Counted from the first letter of the stretch, positions 1 through 8,956 are shown. The stretch is 64,000 nt of DNA from Planctomycetota bacterium (GCA_002711105.1 PAIH01000044.1:33658-97657); one strand, 5' to 3'. Made by a program: numbers and translations. The notes: generated by a model from the letters alone, not told the origin.

Positions 1-1
1 T

Positions 2-685
2 GTTCTTGAACAAAAGTCGGAATCGACCCAGACCATCTCCTGGACCGATACGGCCGGCGACTCTGAAGCAACGGCCACTGTGATGCCCGAAGAGGTTGTC
101 TCCGCCATTGCCGAGCAGATCGCACAAAATGTCAGTGCCCTGGGAATGATCGCTAGAGGAATTCCCACCTCGAGCCCCGATTCCAATTCGGCATCAAATG
201 TCAATCCTCAAGAACTCGATCAGCAGGTCAGAGATACACTGGCGGCTGTCCAGGAAGAGGAACGCGCCGAACGTAGCGAGAGAAATCAGGAACGGATGAT
301 GGAAAGGGCAGCGGAGAGGGCCGAAAGGACGGCCGAACGGTTGGGTCTGACAGGAAACCAGGCCGAAGAGTTCACCGCTTTGCTGACAGAACACTCTACC
401 GAGATGCATCAGATATGGAGCGAATCTCGCGAGCTTGATCTTGATCGAGGCGAGATGAGGAACTTCTTCGAACAAACACGCGAGGAACAGAACGCAGAAA
501 TCGAACAAGTCCTCAACGCCGATCAGTACGCCCAGTACCTCGAATTGCCACAGGGCAACAACTGGGGAAGACGTGGTGGCGGATCAGGCGGCGGTAACAA
601 TAACGGCGGCGGTAACAACAACGGCGGCGGTAACAACAACGGTGGCGGCAATAACAACGGCGGCGGTAACAACGGGGGTTTCTAA
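2..685 (+). CDS. Helical secreted/periplasmic protein with LTXXQ-like motifs (Spy/CpxP-like) and a C-terminal (GGGNNN)n tail; the 5' end is probably outside the window
   Basis: The frame is open from nt 2 with no stop before the GTG at 80. Motifs 'LGLTGNQAEEF' and 'LNADQYAQY' fit the LTXXQ pattern. The sequence is rich in E/R/A helical segments and ends in GGGNNN repeats. Confidence 0.5.
   Translation, partial: VLEQKSESTQTISWTDTAGDSEATATVMPEEVVSAIAEQIAQNVSALGMIARGIPTSSPDSNSASNVNPQELDQQVRDTLAAVQEEERAERSERNQERMMERAAERAERTAERLGLTGNQAEEFTALLTEHSTEMHQIWSESRELDLDRGEMRNFFEQTREEQNAEIEQVLNADQYAQYLELPQGNNWGRRGGGSGGGNNNGGGNNNGGGNNNGGGNNNGGGNNGGF
588..677 (+). repeat. Five tandem copies of an 18-nt unit (GGCGGCGGTAACAACAAC-like) encoding GGGNNN
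   Basis: Direct reading gives ggcggcggtaacaataac / ggcggcggtaacaacaac / ggcggcggtaacaacaac / ggtggcggcaataacaac / ggcggcggtaacaacggg. Confidence 0.9.
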
Positions 686-747
686 CCGGCCAGTTTGTCG
701 TTAATGGGTCCTTTCATGCCCGGGTCTAGAAGGGCTATGATCCTCCC

Positions 748-1215
748 ATGCTGAAGACGGAAAAGGACTACTCCGACCCGTTCGTGCGTCAACTGAGTTT
801 ATTTCTGGATAATCGCGTGGGTAAATTGCGCGAAATCCTTCGCTACCTCACCACTGAGGACATCCTTCTTCATGCCATCACAGTGATCGATAGCGCAGAC
901 CACGCCATCGTTCGCATCATTGTTGACCGAGTGGGCACCGCCCAACAGGTACTCATGGAAAACGGAGTACCCACTTCGCTGAATGCAATCCTCGCCGTCG
1001 AAGTTCCCAACGAACGGGCGGGTCTGAGGATGATCTGCCGCTCGCTGATCCAGGCTGAGATCAATATCCACTATGCTTATCCGATGCTGACTCGTCCGCA
1101 CGGCTTTGGTGTTTTCATCGTCCACGTCGATGAAAACAATACCGCCAGAGAGCTTCTCATCGACGATGGTTTCAAATTGCTAGACGAAAGTGATCTGGGG
1201 CTCGCAGGGATTTAG
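748..1215 (+). CDS. ACT-domain-like small-molecule-binding protein (two ACT-like halves)
   Basis: 155 aa. 'VRQLSLFLDNRVGKLREILRYL...HAITV' and 'LAVEVPNERAGLRMICRSLIQAEINIHYAY' resemble beta-alpha-beta-beta-alpha-beta ACT modules. The call rests on pattern only. Confidence 0.55.
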   Translation: MLKTEKDYSDPFVRQLSLFLDNRVGKLREILRYLTTEDILLHAITVIDSADHAIVRIIVDRVGTAQQVLMENGVPTSLNAILAVEVPNERAGLRMICRSLIQAEINIHYAYPMLTRPHGFGVFIVHVDENNTARELLIDDGFKLLDESDLGLAGI

Positions 1216-1326
1216 TTCGATTCTTCTCAAACCCCCGAAATCTTCAGCGGTCACAGAGCATTCGCATCGCCCATTCTGCAGGCGGACCTCCAGGTCGATA
1301 TTCTATTGGAGAAATACTCAGTCGGA

Positions 1327-1369
1327 CAAAAAAAGAAAACCTCTCGGCCCGAGGAGACAGGCCGAGAGG
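1327..1369 (-). terminator. Strong Rho-independent terminator on the minus strand
   Basis: A 10-bp GC-rich stem (cctctcggcc at 1340-1349, ggccgagagg at 1360-1369). On the minus strand it is followed by UUUUCUUUUUUUG, the reverse complement of 1327-1339. Confidence 0.8.
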
Positions 1370-1716
1370 CACGTGGACTCTGGTAAAACCATCGATCCAC
1401 GATGTGTCCCCCGATTCTCCCACGAAGATCCGCCGACCCGAAGGTCGGGAACGGTGCGCGCGTTTCTGCCGAAGCAGATCCAGGAGACATCCCCCGAGAT
1501 CGTCCTGAAAATACGCGGGTTGCACCAGAGAGAAACTCTTAGTAATTCCCAGGATACCCACATGTCAAAATTCAACTAGCCCTGACAGATCGCAGCAGGA
1601 ACATGACATCCAAAGTTATAACTGGATCGTTTGCAGAGGTGATGGTGGTGTTCTCTCAGATGCACAAGAACACGCGTTGGCACGATAGTCACTGTAACAG
1701 ATAGCCAGGAATGGCA

Positions 1717-2505
1717 TCATTCCAGAGGCTTCACACCCTCTCTTAGCCCTTCGATGGAAAGCTGAATGACATAACTGGCAAGTTGGTCGACCTCCTCAGG
1801 TTTGAGCACCTGGAGGGGCATCTTTGCCTGGGCATTGTCAAAAGTGGGCTGCTTCAGGTACCCATGTAACCACTGTGACATTTTGCGAAGTAGATCCGGT
1901 TCTTTTTCGATGGCGAGAAATTGTTCCTTCCTTGCCTCGTAACGATTGGGATCCTCCTTACGCATCATCTCCAGGTGATTCGTGAACAATTTCATGCGCT
2001 CAAGACGGCGTACCGACACCTGGATGAGTGGTGGTTGTAACACTCCCCCACGGCCATCTATCTTGTGACAAAGGATGCAGCGCTTCTTGGCCACCAAGTG
2101 ACCCAGTTTCGCCCTTCGCTGAAAGTCCGGCTCTTGCAACAGGGATAGATCCGGAAGGCCCTGCTGGAGCTGAGAGGGCTCCTTAGAAGTTGCCTGATTC
2201 GCATCGTCAAGCTGCCCATCATCGCCCTTGATCACGACCACGGGGTCTTTCCTGTCTGAAATCCCCTGCTTAGCAGAAGGCTCAGCTACATGCCCGGTAG
2301 ATTTCACGGGCTGCTCGATCACCGATTCAGGATTCGGTTCACTGGAAACTTGTTTCAGAGGCTGACTTGTATTGGCAGCGCTCCTGCCGTCACCACAGGA
2401 GGCGATGACGAGCCACGGCAGTGATAGCAAAACAGGGACAACCCTCCTGATGAAAACCCCCGCCCGAGGCTGTATTGGAGTTCCACCTGGGGCAATCTGC
2501 CGCAT
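1717..2505 (-). CDS. Mono-heme c-type cytochrome domain protein, probable lipoprotein
   Basis: CXXCH motif 'CILCHKIDGRGG'. The N-terminal signal has a lipobox-like 'LVIASCG'. Confidence 0.75.
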   Translation of the reverse strand: MRQIAPGGTPIQPRAGVFIRRVVPVLLSLPWLVIASCGDGRSAANTSQPLKQVSSEPNPESVIEQPVKSTGHVAEPSAKQGISDRKDPVVVIKGDDGQLDDANQATSKEPSQLQQGLPDLSLLQEPDFQRRAKLGHLVAKKRCILCHKIDGRGGVLQPPLIQVSVRRLERMKLFTNHLEMMRKEDPNRYEARKEQFLAIEKEPDLLRKMSQWLHGYLKQPTFDNAQAKMPLQVLKPEEVDQLASYVIQLSIEGLREGVKPLE

Positions 2506-2620
2506 CTTTCCTTCCTCTCCTTATCTGAGCCTAGTCCCCCGAGCCTATGGTGCAAGGTCATCGCTATCCTCTCCCACGATTCCGGTGGCAGTGATACGAT
2601 GCAAGCAGAGGAGGTGACTC

Positions 2621-3685
2621 ATGCTTTCTGTAGGATTGACTCTGATACTAGCCAGTTTCTTGCCAGTATCGGCTCCCTTCGATCTCGACGGTGAAATGAA
2701 GAGGGTTGAGGCGCTGGAAGCCCTTTTTGAAATCGAGGTAGACAAGAGCAATCAACGCTCCGCTGCAGAGCAATTCGAACCACGGTTCGAGACTCTCGCC
2801 AAGGAACTCTCCGGAACGGAAAGCGGTCTTCGTGCCGAGTTGTGGATCCTTAGAAACCACTGGTGGAAACGTTCGGCTGGAACGATGGAACAGGCGGCAA
2901 ACAAACAAGCCCAGCGTTTGATCGCTGAATATCCCGGATCACCTCAGCTCAGCAGTATCGCGGAGTTCAGATATCTCTATGGTCGTGAAAATGTCATTCC
3001 CCTCATGGATGCTTTGATCGCGGCCAGCCCCCATAACAGTGTCGATGCCTGGGCCATCCACGCAAAAATTTTTACTCTACGCCGCAGTAGAGATGAGAAA
3101 GCTCCCATCCAGTTGCGAAAAAATCTGGAATTGCTGCAAGATCGATACGCTGAGGTCCCGTTCCGAGATACCACCTTCGGAGTTCTCGCAACAGCGATGC
3201 TCTCTCCTCATCAAAAGGAAGATCTTGAGATTGGCAAAGTGGCTCCAGAAATCGAAGGCATCGATGTCGATGGGACTAAATTCCGGCTCTCCGACTACCG
3301 GGGGAAGATCGTACTGCTTGATTTCTGGGGTGACTGGTGAGGACCATGTCGGGCGATGTACCCACACGAGCGGTCGCTCGTGCAAAAATATAACGAACAC
3401 TTCGCAATAGTCGGCGTGAACTCAGATCGGGGTACGGATCGCCTCAAGGAAGCGATGGCACGCGAAAAAATCACGTGGAGTTCCTTTTATGACGGAGGAG
3501 GAACCGGAGGCCCCATCGCCTCTCGCTGGGGAGTTTCTGGCTGGCCAACACTATTCCTGCTCGACACCAAAGGCACCATCCGGCACAAAGGACTGCGTGG
3601 AGAAAAACTGGAAAATGCCATCAGAGAACTTTTACTGGAGATGGATGTAGAACTGCCCCCCGATCCACAAAAGAAGGAATCGTAA
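2621..3685 (+). CDS. TlpA/ResA-like thiol:disulfide oxidoreductase with in-frame UGA (putative selenocysteine) in a W-U-G-P-C active site; 354 aa if read through
   Basis: ORFs 2621-3340 and 3356-3685 are in the same frame and are joined by TGA (3338-3340) plus GGA CCA TGT CGG GCG. The joined product reads 'KIVLLDFWGDW-U-GPCRAMYPHERSLVQKY...VGVNSD...GWPTLFLLD', a thioredoxin-fold redoxin. Confidence 0.7.
3365..3382 (+). promoter_or_regulatory. Candidate bacterial SECIS minihelix
   Basis: A perfect 7-bp stem (CACGAGC / GCUCGUG) with a GGUC loop. The loop starts 31 nt after the UGA. Confidence 0.55.
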
Positions 3686-3706
3686 CAACACGCCACTCAC
3701 AAAAAT

Positions 3707-4450
3707 CTATCCCTGGGGCTTTTCTCTGCGGCGAATTGCGCGGTCGCGACGAACGAGACGAATCAAAGCGGAAAGCATCTTCATTCCATCCAGGATAGGG
3801 CTGACCGAACTGCTGCCGCCATCAGACCAGACGATGGGGATCTCTTCGATGACCAATCCCTGTCTACGCGCGGCCAGCAAAAGTTCAATGTCAAATGCAA
3901 ATCCCTCTTCCTGTAACTGATCGAAAATCGGAAGCAATTTCTCTCGCCGAAACATCTTGCAACCACACTGAGTATCTTTGACTGGCAGAGTCGTTGATAA
4001 ATGGACGACTTTCCGGAACAGAGCTCCAAGAATCACTCGCAAAATACCCTGCTGTACAGTGATCCTGGAACCATCTATGTGACGAGAACCACAGACCAGG
4101 TCAGCACCGGCATCGACAGCCTTCAAAAGAGCCGGAAGCATCTCTGGTGATGCGGAAAGATCAACATCTAGATAAGCAACCCTGTCTCCGCGTGCCGAAA
4201 GTACACCACGTCGAACGGCAGCCCCTTTGCCACGATGCCGATCGAGACATTCAAAGCGAAGTCGATCTTCTTGTTCGAGCCAGGGTGCCATGAAGGAAGT
4301 AGGGTCATCTGTACAACCGTCCGATACGATGATCAGTTCTCCACCATTCTCCTCTTCCAGGAACTCCAGAACCGTTTTGATCGTCTTCTTGAGTAGAGGA
4401 ACACCGTTACGAACCGGTATCACCACCGAGAGCACCGCTTCTCCTCTCAT
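3707..4450 (-). CDS. Family 2 glycosyltransferase (polyprenol/dolichol-phosphate hexosyltransferase-like)
   Basis: 'LSVVIPVRNG', 'IIVSDGCTDD' and 'YLDVDLS' are typical GT-A/GT2 motifs. Confidence 0.8.
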   Translation of the reverse strand: MRGEAVLSVVIPVRNGVPLLKKTIKTVLEFLEEENGGELIIVSDGCTDDPTSFMAPWLEQEDRLRFECLDRHRGKGAAVRRGVLSARGDRVAYLDVDLSASPEMLPALLKAVDAGADLVCGSRHIDGSRITVQQGILRVILGALFRKVVHLSTTLPVKDTQCGCKMFRREKLLPIFDQLQEEGFAFDIELLLAARRQGLVIEEIPIVWSDGGSSSVSPILDGMKMLSALIRLVRRDRAIRRREKPQG

Positions 4451-4575
4451 ACTTGCATACCAAGCTGAGTACTCTCGACCGAGTTCACACCTTGGATCTT
4501 GATGAGTGCACGAGGCGCCCCTGCGGGCAAGCCCGACCTTCTCTTTAACCGTGAATATGCCGTTTCCACCAGAAG

Positions 4576-5793
4576 ATGGGATTCTTAGGGGAATATCGAC
4601 TGTTTTTTGAAAGGCGAATCGGAGTGAAAAAGGAACCGCAAAACCGGATCGCCCTGGTTTTGGGAGGAGGAGGGGCTCGTGCCGCCTATCAAGCGGGTTT
4701 CCTGCGCTATATCGGCCGCAGACTGCCCCAGTTGCGCTTCGCCATCCTCTCCGGTACTTCCGCAGGCGCCATCAATGCAGTACATCTCGCCCGCTTTCAG
4801 GGATCTCTTCATCGAGCTACAGAGGATCTGAGAAGGTTATGGTCACAACTGACGATGGATCAGGTATTCAATGCAGATACCGGATCACTGGCCAAGATCG
4901 TCACACGCTGGGGTCTCCGTCTCATCAGTGGTGGTAGTTCATTTGCACCTACCACAAGAGGTCTTGTGGACACCAGTCCGCTCAAAAACTTTCTATGTAA
5001 TCAAACGAGTTGTCTGGAGAACGGCAAGATCCCAGGTATCGAAGAAAACATCCTTCGAGGACATCTCCATTCCCTCGCCATCACGACTACCGATTACAAT
5101 ACAGGACGTTCCGTCACCTGGATTCATGGCAAAAACCCGAAGGAATGGGAACGGACGTACCGATCGGGGATTCAGGCAAAGATCAGCATCGATCACGTTA
5201 TGGCCTCGTGCGCCATCCCCCTCGTATTTCCTGCAGTCAAGATTGGGGATTCATGGCACGGCGATGGTGGTGTTCGTCAAACCACCCCTCTATCACCGGT
5301 GATGCACATGGGTGCTGAGCGTATCCTCGCCATCTCTACCCGAAATCTGCCAGATGATGTGGAACCACAGAAAACAACTCCAAAAGGATACCCCCCTCCT
5401 GCACAGGTAGCGGGAATTTTGATGAATGCCGTCTTCCTCGATGCGCTGGAATTCGATTCCGGCAACGTTCAGAGGTTCAACAGGCTGCTGGAAAAACTGC
5501 CAGAAGAAGACCGGTGTGGTTTACGTCCGGTGGAGTTGCTTACAGCTCGTCCAAGTGAAGACCCGGGAGTACTGGCCAGAGAATTCGAGGCCCGTTTACC
5601 GGGCCCATTCCGTTTCCTCGAGAGAGGACTGGGAACTCAAGAAACAGAGAGTCATGACTTACTCTCACTGCTGATGTTCCAACCGGAATACATCGAGGCG
5701 TTAATCTCACTCGGAGAAAAAGACGCCCGAGAGCGCGCCGATGAGGTGATTCCCTTTCTCATCGGCGATCGTAAGGCGTCTGTCGTCTCCTAG
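4576..5793 (+). CDS. Patatin-like phospholipase
   Basis: Oxyanion 'GGGGARAAYQAG', nucleophile elbow 'GTSAGA' (GxSxG) and catalytic Asp motif 'DGGV'. Confidence 0.85.
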   Translation: MGFLGEYRLFFERRIGVKKEPQNRIALVLGGGGARAAYQAGFLRYIGRRLPQLRFAILSGTSAGAINAVHLARFQGSLHRATEDLRRLWSQLTMDQVFNADTGSLAKIVTRWGLRLISGGSSFAPTTRGLVDTSPLKNFLCNQTSCLENGKIPGIEENILRGHLHSLAITTTDYNTGRSVTWIHGKNPKEWERTYRSGIQAKISIDHVMASCAIPLVFPAVKIGDSWHGDGGVRQTTPLSPVMHMGAERILAISTRNLPDDVEPQKTTPKGYPPPAQVAGILMNAVFLDALEFDSGNVQRFNRLLEKLPEEDRCGLRPVELLTARPSEDPGVLAREFEARLPGPFRFLERGLGTQETESHDLLSLLMFQPEYIEALISLGEKDARERADEVIPFLIGDRKASVVS

Positions 5794-6206
5794 TCTCTGA
5801 TAACTTTACTTTTTAACTTGGTCGTATTCTGCAATTGAACACGTATCGCGTGCTGCTTTGCATCAGGAATGATGGCGTTACGAATGACGCCCATTCCATC
5901 CTGGTACCACAAGATCGCAGCGTTGCTATTTCCGGTAATCCCAACCAGCAAACCGTAGTGCTGTGGCAACAGTAGCTGGGTACGCTGTTCTGAATGTCCT
6001 CGTGCAGCTTTTGGCTTCCCCAGTCCGTCGAGACCGATAGAAATGTCGTAAGTCTCTTCTATGACATCGGACTCCCAGAGCCCGATCAATCCCTGGTAAT
6101 CTGCAGAAACAGGAACTCCCCCACCCACTAACCAACCGACAGTGATTCCGAACATTGCTCCAAATAGAAGCCCGACAAGGGAACCCTGAATCCAGACCTT
6201 CTTCAT
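5790..6206 (-). CDS. Hypothetical membrane-anchored protein
   Basis: 138-aa ORF with an N-terminal hydrophobic helix 'GSLVGLLFGAMFGITVGWLVGG'. No recognisable domain. Confidence 0.45.
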   Translation of the reverse strand: MKKVWIQGSLVGLLFGAMFGITVGWLVGGGVPVSADYQGLIGLWESDVIEETYDISIGLDGLGKPKAARGHSEQRTQLLLPQHYGLLVGITGNSNAAILWYQDGMGVIRNAIIPDAKQHAIRVQLQNTTKLKSKVIRD

Positions 6207-6380
6207 CGTATTTTCTCCTTACTCACAGAATTCTAGACGAATCTCACGGATCTCTGGTCTACAACATTAGATTATGGTCCAGGTGGTGCGGAAAGAATAG
6301 ACCACTGCAGGCAGGGTTGCTCAACGTATCGATCTACCCGACGATGTTCGCCAGTAAGTAACTCGAGTCACGGAGGCATC

Positions 6381-7466
6381 ATGATCACTTCTCTCTGCTC
6401 TCTAATCCTGCTTCTCGGCAGTAATGCTGACCTATCGGCTCTCTCACCTGAGGAACCTGCCGTGGCATCGATTGCCTTCTGGAATCTGGAAAATCTCTTC
6501 GACTACGAAGACGACCCGGAAAATCCAGGAGACGATGAGTTTCTGCCCGACAAGGAGTGGGACCAGAATCGATACGGTCGGAAGCTAGCGCACCTGGCTC
6601 GTGCTATCGATTCTCTCGACACGAATCTACTAGCCGTGTGCGAAGTGGAGAACCAACGCGTTCTGGAAGACCTGATCGCCGAATCGGTTCTTGTTTCCGA
6701 TGGCTGGTCCATCGCGCATATCGATTCTCCGGATCATCGAGGCATCGACCTGGCTCTGCTCTACCGCGCCCCTTTCCAGCTCGCCAATGCTGCAACACTT
6801 CATCCTATCGACATGGGTGAAGGGAACATCGCAACTCGAGGGGTTCTCGAAGTCCCGTTACAGGTATCTGGAAAACCTCTCACGGTTTTGGTCAATCACT
6901 GGCCTTCGCGTTATGGAGGAGCCGAAAAAAGTGCGCCGAAACGAGCTGCTGCAGCATTGACTGCAAGAGGCGTCATCGATGGCCATCTCGCCCTCGATCC
7001 CCTTGCAGATATCTTGGTCGTCGGAGATCTCAACGATGATCCATGGGATGCATCTGTATTGAGTGTGCTGAAAGCAGTCCGCGAACGACGTTCTGTCGAA
7101 CACCCTCTCAATTTATCTCCCACTCGAAATGGATCATTTTCCCCACGCCTCTGGAACCCTTCCTGGTCATTCGCATCCGGATCCGACACCGGGACTTACT
7201 ATTACTGGAGCGGTTGGACCTGGAACTGTTTTGATCAGATCATTGTTAGTCCAGGGATGCTTGATTCAAAAGGCATCACATTGGTGCGAGACTCCGTTGA
7301 AATTCACCATCCTGATTTCATGACTGATTCAGTTCTAAACGCCAGTCGGCCGGCTCGATTCCGTAAATTTCGCGGCAAATGGGAAGAGGGATACAGCGAT
7401 CATTTCCCCGTCAAAGCAAAGATTCAGATCGAAATCTCCACAGATCCGGAGTCCGATCGGAAATGA
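6381..7466 (+). CDS. Secreted endonuclease/exonuclease/phosphatase (EEP) family protein
   Basis: Signal peptide, then 'AFWNLENLFD', 'VNHWPSR', 'VVGDLND' and 'SDHFPV', which are EEP catalytic motifs. Confidence 0.8.
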   Translation: MITSLCSLILLLGSNADLSALSPEEPAVASIAFWNLENLFDYEDDPENPGDDEFLPDKEWDQNRYGRKLAHLARAIDSLDTNLLAVCEVENQRVLEDLIAESVLVSDGWSIAHIDSPDHRGIDLALLYRAPFQLANAATLHPIDMGEGNIATRGVLEVPLQVSGKPLTVLVNHWPSRYGGAEKSAPKRAAAALTARGVIDGHLALDPLADILVVGDLNDDPWDASVLSVLKAVRERRSVEHPLNLSPTRNGSFSPRLWNPSWSFASGSDTGTYYYWSGWTWNCFDQIIVSPGMLDSKGITLVRDSVEIHHPDFMTDSVLNASRPARFRKFRGKWEEGYSDHFPVKAKIQIEISTDPESDRK

Positions 7467-7639
7467 TAGCCAGCAGGGAATAACCGCCAGAGACCTGCTG
7501 TCAACCATTCCAATGGGTATCTTGAATGCCCACGATGTAATACCCTGCACGACGGTGATTTAACTTACTCCAGAAGAATGTTGATTTTGAAAAGTCGTTT
7601 CCCGATTTTTCCTGATCACTAAGAAAGGAAGCTATTTTC

Positions 7640-8299
7640 ATGCTTTCACTATTGTTGACAGTCGCCATCGGGGTGGTAACGCCCGTTGAGGATCCCATTC
7701 CTGCGACTGAAGCCTATCCCTTAGACATCTGTGCGGTGGCAGGTAAGAAACTGGGATCGATGGGAAAACCGATCGATTTCGTCCATGAGGGACGTCAAGT
7801 TCGATTCTGCTGCAGAGGTTGCGTACCAAAGTTCAAAGCAAACCCAGATCAGTATCTCGCGGAAGTTGACAAAAAAATCATCGCGGCTCAGAAGAAAAAC
7901 TACCCCGTCGACTATTGCTTACTCTCGAACGAAAAACTTGATGAGGACGCCAAGGAAGTCGTCATCAAAAACCGCCTTGTTCGCCTCTGCTGTGGAGGGT
8001 GTGCCAAGAAGATCAAAAAGAACCCAGAGCCAACCTTCACCCAGCTCGATTCTGCGATCAAGAAGAAGCAAGGCAAAAGCTACCCACTCACCACATGTGT
8101 CATCACCGGAAAAGATCTGGGTGGCACGGCCAAGGACATAATCGTAGGGAACACCCTGATCAAGGTCTGCTGCAAGGGATGCATCTCCAAGGTCGCAGCA
8201 AATCCCTCCAAGTACATCCAAATGGTAGGGGCCGACAAGAAAGCCGGTGCCAAGGACAAAAAGAAGGCCAAGGCGAAAAAACCCGTAACAGCTGGGTAA
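7640..8299 (+). CDS. Secreted protein with three ~60-aa Cys-rich repeats (TRASH/YHS-like C-x23-25-CC-x2-C) and a Lys-rich tail
   Basis: Three copies of 'YP(L/V)xxCxxxxxxL...(R/K)(F/L/V)CCxGCxxKxxxNP'. AAGGAAG RBS upstream. Signal-like N-terminus. Confidence 0.7.
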   Translation: MLSLLLTVAIGVVTPVEDPIPATEAYPLDICAVAGKKLGSMGKPIDFVHEGRQVRFCCRGCVPKFKANPDQYLAEVDKKIIAAQKKNYPVDYCLLSNEKLDEDAKEVVIKNRLVRLCCGGCAKKIKKNPEPTFTQLDSAIKKKQGKSYPLTTCVITGKDLGGTAKDIIVGNTLIKVCCKGCISKVAANPSKYIQMVGADKKAGAKDKKKAKAKKPVTAG

Positions 8300-8436
8300 T
8301 ATCGGTTCGTTACGATTCTTTGCAAAACTGGACGGCGTCATTCTTCGCTGAGGAGTGGCGCCGTAATTCTTCTGGCCAGTTCCCCACACATCGCTGATTT
8401 TTCCAGTACGATACGAAAAGAGCAGGAGGCAAAAAG

Positions 8437-8769
8437 ATGCCATTTAATGAAAATATTCAGAACTCGATCGTGAACCTGGTCGAGGCTTTCGAAGAACTAC
8501 AAAGCCACCTTGAAGAGAAACACTTCGGCAAGGTGATCGATGAAAATACGAACTTTGAAGAACTGCCTATCGAGAGTAGAGAAAATCTTGACAAAGATTT
8601 CACCCAGGTAGTATTCGACGTGTTCGAAGGACTTGAGGATCAGAAGAAAGTGGACATCCGCGACATAGAAGCGGTATCTACCATTCTTCTCGATGCCATA
8701 GATGAAGTCGCTCCGGAACTCTTCGAGGAGGTCTCAGACGAAGAGGCTGATCAGAAGGTCACGGACTAG
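8437..8769 (+). CDS. Hypothetical acidic protein
   Basis: 110-aa ORF, strongly acidic, with no motif recognised. Confidence 0.45.
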   Translation: MPFNENIQNSIVNLVEAFEELQSHLEEKHFGKVIDENTNFEELPIESRENLDKDFTQVVFDVFEGLEDQKKVDIRDIEAVSTILLDAIDEVAPELFEEVSDEEADQKVTD

Positions 8770-8956
8770 ATTCTTCCGCATCTCCCTGGAGTAGATCGAC
8801 CGGCAACATTCGAATCAACGAACTCAACTTTCCTTCTGTCGAGGTGAAGCGGGTTTCTAGTTGATCGATCTCCTGTTTCATCTTCTCGACCTTGCGCTCG
8901 GTAAATGCCAATCGAATCTCCAGATCAGCAAAGTAACTATCTTCTTGGTTAGCCAT
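8759..8956 (-). CDS. SlyX-like coiled-coil protein
   Basis: 'LEIRLAFTERKVEKM' matches the SlyX 'LExRLAFQE' signature. I chose the internal ATG at 8956 because GGAGGA lies about 6 nt upstream. Confidence 0.55.
   Translation of the reverse strand: MANQEDSYFADLEIRLAFTERKVEKMKQEIDQLETRFTSTEGKLSSLIRMLPVDLLQGDAEESSP

Noticed and set aside
1190-1579. Overlapping ORFs of 79-129 aa on both strands between the ACT-domain gene and the cytochrome c gene.
   Set aside because: No RBS, compositionally odd translations and mutual overlap. The region is better explained as structured RNA or a 3' UTR (see the finding at 1325-1716).
3356-3685. Treating 3356-3685 as a separate 109-aa gene and 2621-3340 as a truncated gene or pseudogene.
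   Set aside because: The two ORFs share a frame. The break is a single TGA exactly at the active-site Cys codon of a WCGPC motif. A SECIS-like hairpin follows. Neither half would be a complete thioredoxin fold.
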